In this document: positions 45,881 through 57,800 of the stretch, one piece after another | Position numbering within the stretch: the first letter of the stretch is position 1 | Layout: each line of letters opens with the position of its first letter | NCBI GenBank assembly: GCA_965649825.1 | Contig: OZ287694.1 | Coordinates: 2,135,292 to 2,199,291, forward strand | Source of the DNA: Penicillus capitatus | Taxonomy: Eukaryota > Plantae > Chlorophyta | Direction: 5' to 3' | Length of the DNA: 64,000 nucleotides | Made by a program: the position numbers and the translations under genes | Notes under the pieces: generated by a model | Database searches by the model: none | What the model was told of the DNA's origin: nothing | The model's input: the letters and a program-made list of their open reading frames with translations, nothing else

Positions 45881-48800
45881 TTGCCCCAACGCTGCGCGAG
45901 ACGGCGACATGACGCGCGGCACCGTCGCAGCGCGACACGCGCGACGCCGGGCGAACTGAGTGCCGCCGTTGTTGGATCATCAAGTGGATGGATTGCATGT
46001 ATGCATGGAAGATTCCTCGTTGACGTTGTTTCTCTTCAGAGTATGACGCAAGAGGCACCGCTATCCGACGCCGCCACTCATGTCGCCGCCAAACGGCGAA
46101 ACGAAAAGGACGTTGTTCAGGAGGTGCCGTTGTCCAGTGGCATTGCCGCGGAAAGGCATGTCCCCTGGGTAGGTGTTGACGCAATTCTACGGTCCGCTTT
46201 TGGCCACAGCGCACGCTTCGCCGGCGGCGGCGTGTCCGGCGGAATGGAAGGAAGTCGAAGAACTGGTCGGCGGCTTTGCGCAGTACTTAACGTCGCTGCA
46301 TCACGTGTCGCATAGTAGTATGGAGATTCGGGTGAGGTCGCATAGGTCACACGTCCTCTATGGATCTCTCACACTTTAGATACCAGATGTCGACTGCCTT
46401 TCCGAAGCACGAAGCTGCGAGGCGTCGTTGCGTCTCCTGGAGAGCGCCGTGGTCGAATGGACGGAATCGCTTTCGAATGCGCTTCATGACGAGACGTGCG
46501 TTCAAGTGGCGGCTGGATCGGGTCCGGCGGCGGAGGTGGAGTTCTGGCGGCGGCGTCTCGCTTTTCTTTCGGCATTGACGGAGCAGCTTCAGTCGAAGAC
46601 CGTCTGCGATATCTTGGCCATCGTCGACGACGTCACATCAGGACACAGCAAAGCGCTTCAGGCGTTTGCCGATCCGTCGACGGCGCTGAAACGACGGACG
46701 GCCGAGTCGCGCGACAATGTGAAGTTTCTGACCATGCTCGAGCGACACTTCGCCGTTTTGGCCACGGGATCGTTGACGGCAGTGACAGAAACGCTGCCGA
46801 CCATGATGAACACGCTGCGCACGGTAAGTCGCGCCGCCACTTGTGCATCCAACCATCGCCGCTGCAGATCTGGATCATGTCACGGTACTACAACGACGAC
46901 CAGAAAATGGGCGGACTCTTCCGCAAGATCGCCATCCAGATTGGCGACCGAGCGGAAGCGGCGGTGGATATCAAGACGCTCTTCAAACAGGACGCCGGAC
47001 ACACGACGGCCCTTCTCGCGAACGCGACGCATATGTTGGAAGCCTGGTATACGGCATACATGCAGGTAGGCATGGATCCGTCGGAGCGTGGGTTTGGTAA
47101 CCGTACTCGGGTGAGCAGGTTCGCGAGACGATCGAAGCTTCTCGACGCGACGCTCGGTGGGAGTTCTCGCGTTCGATGCTCTTCGAACGAACCCAACATA
47201 TGGCGCTGGTGTGTCGTGATCTCTCAGAGATGGTCGACATCGTCGACGACTTCTTCAAGTTCCTCGGTCCCGAGCTCAAAGCCGTCGTCGGTGCGCCGCC
47301 TCGCCAGTCACATCCCTTCGCAGACGTCACATCATTCAGGGGAAACGAGCGGCATCGATCAGATCCTCGAGACCGTCGTGGTCATGTGCGAAGCCGTGGA
47401 GGCCGTGCCGTTCGACGTCTTCGACGTCGCCTGCTCGGAACCGTGGTCCAAAGTCAAGGCGCAGTTTCACACGGACAACGAGAGTATCAAGCAGTCGACG
47501 CGGGAACTCATTGATGCGTCTTTTCGCAAACTGCGCTCATCGGAGGCGGCGTTTGAACTGTTGAAGTCTTTTGAGTCCATTCAAAGTCGCGGCGCGATTC
47601 AGCAGCAGATCATGAGCAAAGCGAAAGACGTTCTCCGTCAGTTCTCTCGAGAAATGGACGTCGCCCGGAGCATCTTCGACGTCCACCAACAGCACCCGCC
47701 TGTGGCGCGCAACCAGCCGCCCGTTGCTGGCAGCATCCAATGGAGTCGACGGCTCTTCGCGCGTATTAAGCGCACTATGACCAAACTGGCCTCCTTTCTG
47801 ACGGACCTGCGACAAGACGTCATCGGTACGTCACGCGACCGGCAGGATCGGATGGGACGTGCGTGATGGGACAGGTATCGACGTGCACGAGAAGTATATG
47901 TCGTTCGCGCGGAAAGTGATGCTCTATGAGAAAGAACGGATGCGCAATTGGGAGTCCAAGGCGACAGCGTTGTGTTTGCGTCATCTCAAGCAGCCCATTC
48001 TCAAACGCGATGCATCGACGGGTAAGCAACAGGATGATCGCGCCGCCACCGCCGCCACCTGTCGCTGTCATCTAGGCGACATCCGAGCAAACTTCGCTGC
48101 GGAGCTGCGCGTTTTGATCAAAGAGACCAAGAGCCTGGACAAAATGGGCTTCGCGCTGCCCGATATCGTCGTCAACGTCGCGCTACAGGACCAGAGCTTC
48201 CAACGCGCCGTCGAAGACCTCGACCTCATGCTCGAACGTTATCACCACGTCCGTCTCGCCGCCGTGTCCTGTACCGAGTGACTCTGCGGCGCACACAGGC
48301 GTTGCATCATCTAAGCTCTATCGAGCGTGCGCTGCTCGAGCAGCCGGCGAGAGAGATGACGGAGAGTCTGCAGCCTGGGTTCTCGCCACTCAATTGGCAC
48401 GCGCTAGGGATCTCGGATTTTGTGGAGAGCGGCAACAAAGCCATTGCGCATTTCGTCTCCGTTGTCTCGCAGGTGCGCAAGAGCACGCACGGCATCGAAG
48501 GCATCCTGTCCAGAATCGCCAAAACGGCGCTGTTTGTGGAACCGGACAAAGCGCCTACAGAATTCGATGTCTTCGTCGACACGGTGACGACAAACATCGA
48601 CGAAGCCGCGGAGAAGCTGCTCGAGACAACGCAGTCCATACCGCCGCTGTTGAAGAAGGTGGCGTCCGTCGTGTCTCACGACTCGCATCACCGCTGGCGT
48701 CTTCTCAGATTGAGGAATGCGTTTTCGGCAGCCGTAGCGGAAAGTGTCCGGCGATGAAGAGCTTCTATGCGTACTGGGAGAAGCTGCTCTACCAATCGCT

Positions 48801-51800
48801 CACGGCCACGGTGATCGGCGGGATGAAAGCGTTCGAACAGACGCTGCGCCACAGGAGCCATTCCAAACAGGCGGCGGCGGCGGCGCTGTTCAAGGTGTCG
48901 CTCTCGTTGAGTCATCCCGAGATCGTCGTCAGCCCGTCGGTGAACGACGTCAACAAATCCCTCGGTAAACTGAGCAAGAAATTCGTCGAATGCACAAAGC
49001 TCTTCGTGCGGTGGATGGATGGCACCTGCATCGCTGCGCCGCCGGTTCAGCGACGCGACGAAGAGGAGCCGTTTGTCTTTAGCTTCTACCTCGACATCTC
49101 GGCCCATCCACAAGTACAGCGCCACGAGCGCGTTATCTGAGGCGGCGCCGTATCTCGTGTGTGGTAGGTGATCAAGGCCGTTCTCGGATTGAACCACTAC
49201 GCGCAGAAAGCGATCTCGGCGATGCATCGCTACGTCGAGAGCTGGAGACGCCATCAGTCGTTGTGGAAGACGGAGCGATCCGGCGTCATCGAAAAGTTCA
49301 AAGCGCGGAGGCCGAGTTCTGAAGAGTGCCACGAACGGTTGGCGAAGTATGACAAGGTGAAACGACGTCTTGGCGGCGGCGGCGGCGATGTGACGTGCGA
49401 CTGTAGTTAGCGACGACGCTGTTGGCACAGGCTCGATGCCACGCCGTCGAATTTCTCACCGTCGATTCCTGCGCCATCGCCACTTCGGTGAGCCACGTCG
49501 CGCGGCAATGGCTCCAGGCAACGAGCGACGCCATGAAAGACATCGATGCGCCAAAGTGAGACCAGCGATGTCGACATACAGTGACGACTATCGTCGCAGA
49601 GTGGCGTCCGTCCGCGAGAGGATCACAGATGTCGAAGAACGCCTTAAGGGAGAGCCCACGACCGCCGATGACCTGAAGGCGGTGCTGACGGCCATCGCGT
49701 CTATCAGACAGCAATGTATGCCATCCGTCCGACAGACGGTCGCTTAGAGTGCTGCGTCTGGTGCGTAGATATGAATCTCGAAGTGGCACTCGAAGACCTC
49801 GAAGAGCGATTCCGCACACGGGTGGTTTACGCAGACGACGCACACCGTCCTGCGTGCGAAGCGGACCTCCGAGAGATTCAGTCCGTCAAGAGCCATTGGC
49901 TGGCCGTAAACGAGGCGGCGGATGCGAAGGAGGTGGACATCCAGACAGCGAAAAAGACCTTTGCCGCCGAGACGACAACACAGGCGCGTGCCCCGCAGAG
50001 GATCGCTCGTAGAATCGCTGTCGGATCCAGGCAGCGGCGTTCGTCGGCGAGACCGAGGCGTTTTGGACACGCTTCAAGGAACAGTGCTCGACACTTCACG
50101 CGGTGCCTCTGGACGAGGGTTCCGCGATTCTGGCGAAGCTGGGCGACGAATGTCGTGTCTTTGTGGAGAGGCGAGACGATCTTCTGTTCTCTCAGCGACT
50201 GTTCGAACAGAGCCCTTTCGAATGCAGACAGCTGAACCAGGTACGCGTCGACGGTTATGGCGTGAGGCGCTGGATGCTGGATTCAGGCGACGGCCGAGCT
50301 CAAGAAGCTTCGGCAGATTTTTGACGTCTATGCCGGACACGCGTCTTGTGTCAAGTCCTATGCGCAGGTCCTGTGGTCAGAGATCGATATCAAACGCATG
50401 ACAGACGACGTCAACGCAGCGCTGGCGCATCTGCGGTCGCTCAGAGACCTGAAACAGCTGCCCGTCTATGCGTCCGTCGAGACAGCGATGGTCGGCTTTG
50501 CCGAGTCGCTGCCTCTGATGAAGATTCTCAAATCCGACGCCATTCGGTACGTCGCCGCCACAGCCGCCGCCGTGATGTGACGTCTGTCGCGTTTAGTCCG
50601 CGGCACTGGCAGCAGCTGATGACGGCAACGGGACAAGCGTTCGAAATGGACGCCAAGACGTTTACCCTCGGATCTCTCTTCTCGATGCAGCTGCACGACC
50701 ACACCGACGAGGTTCAGAAAATCACGACCTCTGCCGTGAAAGAGCAGACGATCGAATTCGAGATCAAGAAACTCCACGACAGTTGGAAGGCGCAGCGATT
50801 TGCTATCGCCCCTTACAAGAAGGACGGCAAAGATCGAACGTTTGTGCTCAAATCGACGGAGGAGATTCTGTTGATGCTGGAAGACATGACGCTCAACGTT
50901 CAGTCTATGTTAGCGTCGCCGTTCGTCCGTCCTCTGCTGGAAGACGTCCAGTCGTGGGAGCAGAAGCTCTCGCTGATTGGCGAGTGCATCGAGACGTGGA
51001 TGACGGTGCAGCGCAAGTGGATGTATCTCGAGAGCATCTTTATTGGATCCGACGACATCCGCCAGCAGCTCCCGAACGAGGCGAAGCAATTCGACGCCAT
51101 CGATGCGCAATGGATCCGGATTATGAGCGAGACCCAACGGCATCCGAATGTCCTGGACGCCTGTTCGGTGCCGGGCAGGTCGAGTGGACGATGCGGTCAG
51201 CCAGCGCGCAGGCTGTGTCGCGTAGGTATCCGACGTGGGTGCAAATGGCGGAACGGTTAGAAAACTGTCAGAAGTCGCTGAGCGAGTATCTCGATACTAA
51301 ACGCAGCGCCTTTCCGCGTTTTTACTTCATATCGGATGACGAGTTGCTGAGTATTCTGGGTAAGGGCTGGCGGCTTTCGCCTCGTCGGGACACCGTGAGG
51401 GATGTCGCGTTTTAGGCTCGTCGGATCCGACGGCGGTGCAGGAACATATGTTGAAGATTTTTGACAACTGCGCTCAGCTGCGCTTCGGGCGAAATGACGC
51501 GTCGGTTATCGGGATGACGAGCGCAGAGGGCGAAGGCTTTGCTTTTCTGTCGCCTGTCGCTGTCGACGGTCCCGTGGAGCAATGGATGCAATCTGTCGAG
51601 ACAGAAATGCGCCAGACGCTGTTTCAGAAGAGCAAAGAAGGCGTCTTTCACTACGCGAAAGCACCACGAAACAAGTACCGCCGCCAATGCGCCGCCGACG
51701 CGCACGTCACTGAGGTCCTAGGTGGATGCACGAGTGTCTCGGAATGGTGACGCTGCTCGGCAGTCAGGTGTGGTGGACCTTCGAGACGGAAGACGCCTTC

Positions 51801-54800
51801 GAGCGGGTCAAGAACGGCGACAAACACGCGATGAAGCGCTTTGCGCGCAAACTGGGCGTCAAGCTGACCCAGCTGACCCGTCTGGTCCGTACCGACCTGG
51901 AGGCGGAGCTGCGCCGCAAGGTCAATACGTTGATGATCCTGGACGTCCACGGACGCGACATCGTCGAGACATTCGTCCGCGATTCCGTCCTCGACGCGTC
52001 GGACTTCGCCTGGGAGTCGCAGCTGCGATTCTATTGGAACCGTTCGAAGGTCATTCGGCGTTTGCGACAAACGCCGCGACGTTGACTGGCGTGCTGTCCA
52101 GGACGACGTGGAAATCTGTCAGTGCTCTGGCGTGTTCGACTACGGTTACGAATACATGGGCCTAAACGGCCGTCTCGTGATCACGGCGCTGACGGACCGC
52201 TGCTATATGACGCTGACGACGGCGCTGACGTTTAAACTTGGCGGCGCTCCGGCGGGTCCAGCAGGAACGGGCAAGACCGAGACGACGAAAGACCTCGCCA
52301 AATCGCTTGCGCTGCTCTGTGTGGTGTTCAACTGCGGAGAAGGATTGGACTACAAAGCCATGGGGTCCATTTTCTCCGGCCTCGTTCAGTCGGGCGCCTG
52401 GGGATGCTTCGACGAGTTCAACCGAATCGAAGCCGAAGTGCTCAGCGTCGTCTCCTCGCAGATCAAACAAGTCCACCGCGCATTTCGCCCTGGCGGCGGC
52501 CAAAATCTGTGCCGCCAGATTCAAGAAGCGTTGAAGCTCGGCGCGACGCGCTTCAGCTTCGAAGGAAAAGACGTCGCCGTGCGGCAGAGCACCGGAATCT
52601 TCATCACCATGAATCCGGGCTACGCTGGACGCACGGAGCTGCCGGACAATCTCAAGGCGCTCTTTCGCCCGGTCACGATGGTCGTGCCAGATATGGAACA
52701 GATCTGCGAGATCATGCTCTTCTCCGAAGGCTTCGACCAGGCCAAGGTCACATCACAGCTGACGTGCGGAACGGCGCCGCCACGTGTCGCTGTAGATACT
52801 GGCGAAGAAGATGACGGTGCTGTACAAACTCGCCAAGGAGCAGCTCTCTAAGCAATACCATTACGATTTCGGTCTGCGGGCGCTCAAGTCGGTGCTGACG
52901 ATGGCGGGGACGCTGAAGAGGGAGAGTCAAGGAGTGCGCGAAGACGTCGTTCTGATGCGGGCGCTGCGCGATATGAATCTGCCGAAGTTCACCTTCGACG
53001 ACGTGCCGCTCTTTCGCGGTCTGATCAACGACCTCTTTCCCGGTCTCGACTGCCCGCGTCTACGGTACCTCGCTTCTCACTCTTTTGCTCACACTTGTCG
53101 CTTTTCAGCTACGAAAAGCTCAACGACGTCGTCGAGCATCAACTCGAGCGTCGTGGGTATCAAGTGCGGCCTTCGAACACGACGCGGCGATCGGCGGCGA
53201 AGGTTTGCGTCTAGGTGCTGCCGGATCAGGTGGACAAGATCGTTCAGCTGTATGAGGTCATGCAGACGCGACATACGACGATGGTCGTCGGGCAGAGCGG
53301 CGGCGGCAAGAGCGTCATTCTCCAGACGCTCGCTCAGTCGTTGACGCAACTCGGCACGAAAACCACGCTGCACGTCGTCAATCCCAAGGCGCAGTCGCTC
53401 AACGCGCTCTACGGTGTGCTGGATCCCGACACGCGTGATTGGACGGACGGTTTGCTCTCACACATTTTCCGTGAACTGAACCGTCCACTCCATACCAACC
53501 ATAACAGCTACCTCGTCTTCGACGGCGACGTGGATGCGGTTGGGTCGACGGTTGGAGGACGCGAGAGACGGGCTAGGGGATGGTGTAGGTATGGGTCGAG
53601 AATATGAACTCGGTGATGGATGACAACCGTCTGCTGACGTTGCCGAATGGAGAGCGTATTCGATTGCAGTCGCACGTGAAGCTGCTCTTCGAAGTGGCCG
53701 ATCTGCAATACGCGAGTCCGGCGACGATCAGTCGCTGCGGAATGGTCTACGTCGATGAACGCAACCTCGGCTACCAGCCCTACCTCCAAACATGGCTCGC
53801 CAAGAGGTGATGCACGGCTGCTGTGCAAAACGGCTGTCGTGGGTATGGTTTGGTTTAGGCCGGCGAATGAGAGGCCGCATTTGGAGCGACTCGTGAAGAA
53901 GTACGTTCCGCGTTGCGTGCGGTGGTTAGAGGAAGGCGTCAACGACGTCGGCGACCGCGCGCCGCCAATTCAGGCTGTCCATCAGAACGGCCTCAATGTT
54001 GTGCGTCAGCTCTGTGCGTTACTCGATGCGACGCTTCGGGAAGAAGACGAGCACGTGCAGCACGACGCCAAGGCCTCGCTACGGTTACGTTTGTGCCAGC
54101 ATCTGACGGTCGCTCTGTCGCAGGTGATGGAGGCGGTGTTTCTCTGGTGCGTCGTTTGGAGCTTCGGCGCCGTTCTGGTTGAGAAACCGCAGGCGGCTGA
54201 GCGCAGCGCCTTCGATGCTTTTCTCAAGAGAATCGCAGACTATGGCGTCGTCGATGGCGATCACGTCGCCGTGATGCAACTCCCGTCGCGCAGCCTCTTT
54301 GACTACAACATCGACATCCCTTCGCTCCAGTGGACCACATGGGAGCAGTACGTGACGCCCTATACCCACCCACCTAGCGGCAACTTCGCCGAGATTTTCG
54401 TCCCGACGGTCGATACCGTGAGGTAACGCACGCGACAATGGCGGCGGGGGAGAAGATAACGTGGCGGCGCTGCGCTTAGGTCGACGTGGTTGCTGAATCT
54501 CTTCGTCCAAGCAGGCCATCCCTGTCTCTTCGTTGGCGAATCGGGCACGGCCAAGACGGCAACTATCCAACGCTACTTACACGGACTGCCGACAAACGCG
54601 AACACCATTCTTGGACTCAACTTCTCCAGCCGCACGCGAGCGGGATTTCTTCAGGACGCCGTCGAAGGAATGATCGAAAAGAGAACCAAAGTCGCCGCCG
54701 CCACGCGTTCTGCGCCGACGCGACGATGGGTTATGTGCAGGATACCTTCGGCCCTCCCGTCGGCAAAGCGCTCAAGATCTTTGTGGACGATCTCAATATG

Positions 54801-57800
54801 CCACAAGTCGACTCCTATGGCACGCAGCAGCCCATTGCGTGGCTCAAGCTCTTCGTCGAGCGCGGCGGATTCTACGATCGCGGCAAGGAACTCAACTGGA
54901 AGAACGTCAGAGATACGCATGTCGTGGCGGCGATGGGTCCAGCTGGCGGCGCGCGCAGTGTCGTCGATCCGCGATGCGTCTCGCTCTTTCGCGTCTTCTC
55001 CATACCCTTTCCGTCGCAAGAGACGCTGCGTGTCATCTTTGGCACCATACTACGTCACCATCTCAGCGGCGCACCGTCTGAAGTGCAGCAGCTCTGTGGG
55101 TCCGTGACCCAAGCGACGGCACAGATCTACGACGCCGTGGTGGAGATGCTGCCGCCGACGCCCTCCCGTTTTCATTACGTCTTCAATCTCCGCGATCTCT
55201 CGCGTGTCTTCGAGGGATTGCTCTCGCTGCGTGTGCACGAACCTCGTCCTTTTCTGAGGCTATGGCGAAACGAATGTATGCGTGTGTTCTACGACCGGCT
55301 AATTTGCGAAGAAGATCGCGTCTTGGTCGACAACCGAATCAAAGACATCATCGACAGTGTCTTTCCAGACGAGGCAGCCGCCGTTCGCGCAGATCCGCTG
55401 CTCTTCAGCCAACGCGCCGCCATCGTACAGCACATCTTCGCCGATCTGCGCCTGCGATGACGCGCTGTCTTCGAAGGGCGATCGCGAGAGCTATGGAGAA
55501 GTGGGCGGCTACGAGAAAACGAGACAGTGCTACGAAGAGATGCTCGTCGCGTACAACCAACAGAAGAAGCCGATGCATCTCGTGCTCTTCGACGACGCCG
55601 TGGATCACCTCAGCCGCGTGTACCGAACGCTGCGTCTTCCAAGAGTGATCCGACGCCTATGGCATCTCGTTATGTGTGATGCTGGTTCGGTACTAGGGTC
55701 ACACATTGCTCGTTGGCGTTGGCGGCCTCGGAAAGAAGAGCATGGCACGTCTCGTCTCTTTTGCCTGCGGATACGACGTCTTCGAAATCACGCTGACGCG
55801 CACGTATGGCGAAGCTGAGTTTCGCGACGACTTGAAAAAGCTTTACGGACTGCTCGGGGCCGAAAACAAGAAGGTCGACGAAATGAAAGCGAGCAGCCCC
55901 TAGGAGATGGCGGCGGTGTGTAGGTGACGTTGCTCTTTGCCGATGAGCACGTGGTGCACGAGAGTTTCCTCGAGATGTTGAACAGTATGTTGACATCGGG
56001 GATGATTCCGGCGCTCTTCGACGCCTCCGAAAAGGACGCAGTGACGCATGACGTGCGGGAGGAGCTGGAGAGCGACGGCGAGGCGCCGACGAAAGAACAG
56101 TGCTGGAATCGCTTTGTCGCGCGCTGCCAAGAGAATCTCCACGTCGTCTTCGCTATGTCACCGGTACCAACACCAACCGTCGCCACGCGCTCGGTCGCGA
56201 GAGCGCTGAATCACGTCTAGGTCGGCAACGCACTGAGAACGCGGTGCCGTAACTATCCGGCACTGGTCAACAATACGGTGATCCATTGGTTTGACCGCTG
56301 GCCGGAAGAGGCGCTGCGATCCGTCGCTGACTCTTTTCTTAAAGACTCCGACGTATGTGAAGAGAAACGGCAGATGGTGGTGGAGCACATGGTCTATGTG
56401 CACAAGTCGGTCATACAGAAGAGCGCCGAATACTATGACGCACTCAAACGGTAGACGCGTTGAAAAACGCTTTCGTGAGACCTTGTCGCGTCAGGCATTA
56501 CTATGTGACGCCCAAGAACTACCTGGACTTCATCGCGACGTACAAGAGGGCGCTGACCGAAGAGCGAACGAAAGGCCTTTTGCAGAAAGAGCGATTGAGC
56601 GGTGGACTGGAGAAGCTGATTCAAGCGGCGACGGAAGTCGATGCCATGCAAAAGGAGCTCAGCGAAGCGACGGTGGTCGTCGAGCGTGCGACCGTCGAGT
56701 GCAATGCGCTTCTCGAGGTGCCTACCTTACCGCAGACGAGGTGCACGAGATGAACTGCCTCTGTGCTTCAGTCTATTGCGACGAATACCGTTGAAGTGGA
56801 GAAGAAGCAACGGGCGGCGCAAGAGAAGGAAGAGGAGTTGAAGGTGGAATCCGAGAAAATTGCCGTGGAGAAGGCCGAAGCCGAGGCCGCCTTGGAAGCA
56901 GCGATTCCTGCGTTGGAAGAAGCGGCGGCTGCGCTGAAAGATATCAAAAAAGACGACATTACCGAAATCCGTTCCTTTGCCAAACCACACATTCTCGTCC
57001 AGAAAGTGCGCCGCCGGCGGCGGAGTCCGTTCACTGAGCCGTGGCATGGTCAGGTCTGCGAGGCCGTTGTGATTTTGCGTGGTCTGAAAGATGTCTCGTG
57101 GAGTGGAGCCAAGACCATGATGGCAGATTCCCAGTTTTTGAAGACGCTGTTGGAGTTCGACAAAGATGGACTGACGGATAAGCAGGTCAAGAGAGTGAAG
57201 GAGTACATGAAAGATCCAAAGTTCGCAGTGGCCGAAGTGAAGACGATCTCAACCGCCGGCGCCGGCAAGCCGCCTTTCTATCCCCTTCGACACACGCGCT
57301 GAGGAAGCGCACTCTCAGGATTGCTGAAATGGGTGTTTGCCATGGTGAACTACAATAACGTGGCCAAGACCGTCGAGCCGAAGCGCAAGAAGGTCGCCGA
57401 TTCGGAGAAGCATCTTCGTATGGCGCAAAAGGATCTTGCCCGGACGAAAGACGACGTCCAGAATTTGAACACGCAGCTGACGGTGCGTCAATGACATACG
57501 GCGGCGATTTCGGCGTTTCTGACGCCCGGTGTTCAGGATCTCCGCCGCCACTTCGAAGAGAAAACCGTCGAGCAGGGCGAGCTGCAAGAGAAGGCGAATG
57601 TCATGGCGCGTCGACTGGATGCCGCATCGAGGCTCATTACTGGACTGGGATCCGAACGCGAAAGGTGGACGCGAGACATGGCGGCGATCGAGGCGTCTTT
57701 GGCACATCTCCTTGGCGACTGCCTCCTGACGTCTGCCTTTCTGAGCTATCTAGGAGCCTTTACGCAGGAATACCGACGCGCTTTGCTGCACGACTGGCAA

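Larger units (their letters stand above)
4997..52754. other. Dispersed non-coding motif GATGTGAC / GTCACATC (at least 29 copies)
   Basis: Found by eye at 4997, 7927, 16329, 16665, 17214, 18270, 22173, 23465, 23803, 24970, 26460, 31154, 32572, 37985, 38823, 39104, 39665, 39687, 40289, 41292, 43424, 43644, 43659, 46632, 47307, 47326, 49387, 50574 and 52747. Confidence 0.85.

Noticed and set aside
54073-54123. Putative GC-AG intron in dynein
   Set aside because: 51 nt, in frame and stop-free, so it could be coding. Counted only as possible.
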